Assembly: GCA_964016885.1 (NCBI GenBank)
Contig: CAXHJY010000730.1
Coordinates: forward strand, 1-64,000
Source: Eledone cirrhosa
Taxonomy: Eukaryota
Direction of reading: 5' to 3'
DNA length: 64,000 nt
Shown: positions 60,770-64,000 of the stretch, one piece after another
How the letters are laid out: every line of letters starts with the position of its first letter
Numbering within the stretch: position 1 is the first letter of the stretch
Position numbers and translations under genes: made by a program
Notes under the pieces: generated by a model
Seen by the model: only the letters and a program-made list of their open reading frames with translations
Told to the model about the DNA's origin: nothing
Database searches by the model: none

Positions 60770-61595
60770 TCATCATCGTTTAACGTCTATCTTCCACGCT
60801 AGCATGGGCTTAGACGGGAATTATCCCACTTGAGGCAAGATTGGTCGCATAGGACTATCTGGCAGGTTTTCTATGGCTGGATGCCCTTCCTAACACCAAC
60901 CACGTTTACAGTGTTAACTGGGAGGTTTTTACCGTGTTACTCACACGGCCACATTTCAGCATGGACTCTGTGTTTTTTGTCGCGACACCTACACGACCTC
61001 ATTTATTTAGGACTGGATGTTGTGGTACCAACTTTACAGAGGAAGGGTGGTGTTGATGGGAGTGGGAGGTGGGGTGGAGTAGGGGTAGTGGGATGGGGAT
61101 GTATATTTGGTTAAGAGGTGCCTACTGACTGTATGTTAACTTTGTACATAGGCAAGGTGGGTCTTCTGTATTACTGTGTATCGCCAAACATCTCGGTCCA
61201 GTGACATTGTCTTGGAGAGGTGTAAGTGTGTGAGGTCGGAATTTATCAAGTCGTCCCAGGTTTTTCTGGGTCTGCCTACTCCGTAACTTCCGTCAATTCT
61301 GATCACCCTGCACTTTTTTATACAGCTGTCGTCTTTCATGCGCATCACGTGACCATACCAATGTAGTCTTCTCTCAAGTAAACAGCATCTGATCCCTCTT
61401 ATTCCTAATTTCTCACTTAGTTCATTAATGCTTTGCCGTTCACGTATATTACTATTATACATCCAACGGAGCATGCAAGCTTCGTTTCTCTCCAGTCTAC
61501 GCAGGTCCTCTGCACACAATGCCCATGTCTCACTGCCATGTAACATTGCAGTGGGTTTACCTACTCCGTAACTTCCATCCACTTTGATTGCCCTA
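60770..61595 (-). mobile_element. RTE 3' fragment ending about 30 nt before the last exon
   Basis: MLHGSETW...RPRKTW. Confidence 0.9.
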
Positions 61596-61625
61596 TAATT
61601 TCTATTTTTTTACTTCTATTTTCAG

Positions 61626-61760
61626 GTGCCGTTTGCGCCATCCGGGTTCAAAGTTCGCTACTTAAAAGTGTTTGAGTCAAAACTGAACTATAATGACCAC
61701 GATGTCATAAAGTGGGTACGTTACATAGGACGCAGTGGATTGTACGAAACCCGATGTTAA
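61626..61760 (+). CDS. AP2M1: AP2M1 last coding exon ([44 protein letters not shown])
   Basis: KWVRY cargo-binding Trp and YETRC C-terminus; ttttcAG acceptor; TAA at 61758-61760. Confidence 0.97.
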   Translation: MPFAPSGFKVRYLKVFESKLNYNDHDVIKWVRYIGRSGLYETRC

Positions 61761-62122
61761 ACAGCTCTTTGGGTGGTGGTGGGGTGACAAAGGGGAGGAG
61801 GATTACAGGGGGAGATAAGGAATAAATGACAGGAGGAGGAGGAAAGATAAAGACCTCTCCCAAAAGTTAATACAGAGTTTTCTCCCTTTTTTAATAGTAA
61901 TAATAATAATATGCTTTTTCTTTTCTTCTTCTTCTTCTTCTTCTTCTTCCCATTCTTCTTCCTCCTGTGATAGTTCCTGGGGTGTCACAGTCCTCAGTTT
62001 CCCCTTTGTTCAAGTTTTTCTTCCTCTCATAATGATAATAGTAACAACAACAATAATAATAATAATCATTCACATCTTCGTTTGAAGTCACTTTATGATC
62101 AACTGTTTTATTTTACTTACTT

Positions 62123-62159
<37 letters not shown>

Positions 62160-62162
<3 letters not shown>

Positions 62163-62581
62163 CAATAATATTAATAAATGGAAGCTATCTTTATAAAACC
62201 ATATTTATTCTATTATATATATTTCAAGGGTATCAACAATTTTGGTACGTTCTCATCAGATAAAATGCAAAAGTTGGTTTACAGATAGTGACATATTCAA
62301 AACTAGAACTTAGCGTTTTGGGTTCTGTTTGAATAGTGAAGAACTTTAAATCAGGATGGATATGTCACTATCTGTAAACCAACTTTTGTATTTTATCTGA
62401 TGAGAGCGTACCAAAATTGTTGATACCCTTGAAATATATATAATAAAATAAATATGGTTTTATAAAGATAGTTTCCATTTATTAATATTATTGATATTAT
62501 ACTCCAGAAGAAACTGTAGAGTGCTTCTAATCTGTTATAAACTAAATTTGTTGAATAACCATCAAATTAAATAACTCATTG

Positions 62582-62585
<4 letters not shown>
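62160..62585 (+). mobile_element. Fold-back PLE pLTR element: 140-bp arms (62160-62299 and 62357-62496) plus tail
   Basis: Homologous to 28075-28255; between (GT)n and (TA)n. Confidence 0.85.
62389..62450 (+). ncRNA. Type I hammerhead ribozyme downstream of the AP2M1 stop (antisense twin at 62206-62267)
   Basis: tattttat-CTGATGA-stem II-GAAA-TATATA-TA-ataaaata; predicted cleavage after 62442. Confidence 0.8.
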
Positions 62586-62639
<54 letters not shown>

Positions 62640-62645
<6 letters not shown>

Positions 62646-63194
62646 TATTCAAAAAGAATGAACCAATTTCATTACGCAATATTTTAATAAGGAAAAGCAA
62701 TAGAAAACTCCAGCTAAGTGGCAAGTATTCTACTGACAATCAACTTTTATTTCCTGTCTTACAAGTGTTCAATATGGCCACCACCTGCAGCACAGGCAAC
62801 CTCAATACGATAAGAGGATTCCTCCCAGCATATCACGATCTACTGAGTTGATCGCTGTTCTTATTCCATGTTTTAAGGTGATCGAGGTTAGTGGGTAGCG
62901 GTGGATCATAAACAACATCTTTTACATATCCCCACAAAAATCACACATGGTGAGGTGTGGGGTTCAGGCAGGCCAAGCAGAAAGAGCAAGGTGTTACTAA
63001 GGACTCGCCATTCTGAGGGTAAACAAACAACTGAACAACGTTGCTGGAGGAATGAGGTGACTACAGCACTCCATGTGACAGCCCTTCAAAACTTAGAAAA
63101 CTCCTTTCAAATGGTCACTGACTCATTCCATGACGATGCTTGAGAACTGAAGCAATGTGTCATGAAATCGGTTCATTCTTTTTGAATAGCCCTG
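62640..63194 (-). mobile_element. Internally deleted Tc1/mariner DNA transposon
   Basis: About 33-bp terminal inverted repeats cagggctattcaaaaagaatgaaccgatttcat, TA flanks, remnant WPA*TPHLTMCDF resembling WPxxSPDLxxxDF. Confidence 0.8.
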
Positions 63195-63374
63195 TATATA
63201 TACATTTACACACCACATACGTATTAGCATTCTTACTTATATATATATGTATATATATATATATATTTACACACCATATGTATTAGCATTCTTAAGTATA
63301 TATATAAAACCACATACACATTAGCATTCTTAAGTAGAAATGTTTATATATATATATATATATTTAATATAGAA

Positions 63375-63500
63375 GGCACATGGCTTGTAATCGAAAGGTT
63401 GAGTTCAATTCTCAGACCGGGTGATGTGTTGTTTCCTTGAGCAAGACACTTTATTTCACATTGCTCCAGTTTACTCAGCTGTAGAAATGAGATGATAGGG
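63375..63500 (+). mobile_element. Partial CORE-like SINE
   Basis: Head and core of the 10662-11020 family with deletions. Confidence 0.75.
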
Positions 63501-63967
63501 GCTGAAAAAGCAGAGAGTCGAGAAGGCAACCAAACAATTAGCAGTTGCCAGACCGGTTGGCTGCCTTTTTCAGCCCCATAAAATGTCTATTATATTCCTT
63601 TGTTAAATTTCGAATACCTGATGTCACTGGATTCATACTGAATCCAGTCATTGAAATGTTCATAGTATAATAAACCTTTAAGGAATTACACCAGTCCAGC
63701 CTCCTGTTATTTTATAATAATTAACTCCATACTCGCACCAGCAACAACACAAACGAAGACAGGTGAGTGCTCTCCCTAATATTACATCAATGTTGACTAT
63801 ACGGAATGACCAGTTCTATCCAGTGCTGAACCAACAAACCTAAATGAATATATATATATATATATATATATATGTTTTTTCAGCCCCAAGGTTTGTGTCT
63901 ATTATATTCCTTTGTTAAATTACACATTCCGCAAATAACCAGGACCTTGAATCCCAAGAATACACTA

Positions 63968-64000
<33 letters not shown>

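Overview
Eukaryotic, AT- and microsatellite-rich animal DNA; the repeat repertoire suggests an octopus or other cephalopod (inference). It holds one real gene, AP2M1 (AP-2 complex mu subunit), on the + strand: 10 coding exons from ATG 10475 to TAA 61760, 1320 nt, 439 aa, with a 32-kb intron 8 and a GC-AG intron 9. The rest is nested repeats: long (TA)n-derived microsatellites (source of all the Y/I/M/C/V ORFs), many RTE-clade LINE fragments carrying a PHD finger, a second RTE with C2H2 fingers plus its non-autonomous derivatives, two CR1-like LINEs, tRNA-headed SINEs, Helitron, piggyBac, hAT and Tc1/mariner remnants, and Penelope-like elements (PLEs). The most notable hidden signal is a set of type I hammerhead ribozyme motifs (8 complete or degenerate, plus one half) in PLE ends. 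Several sit in fold-back hairpin-plus-tail elements between microsatellites, and one is sense-oriented about 630 nt past the AP2M1 stop. Also notable are a ~700-bp near-identical inverted duplication bracketing exon 5 and piggyBac-type TTAA ends lying close to most exons. All structures were read by eye; no searches or folding were run.
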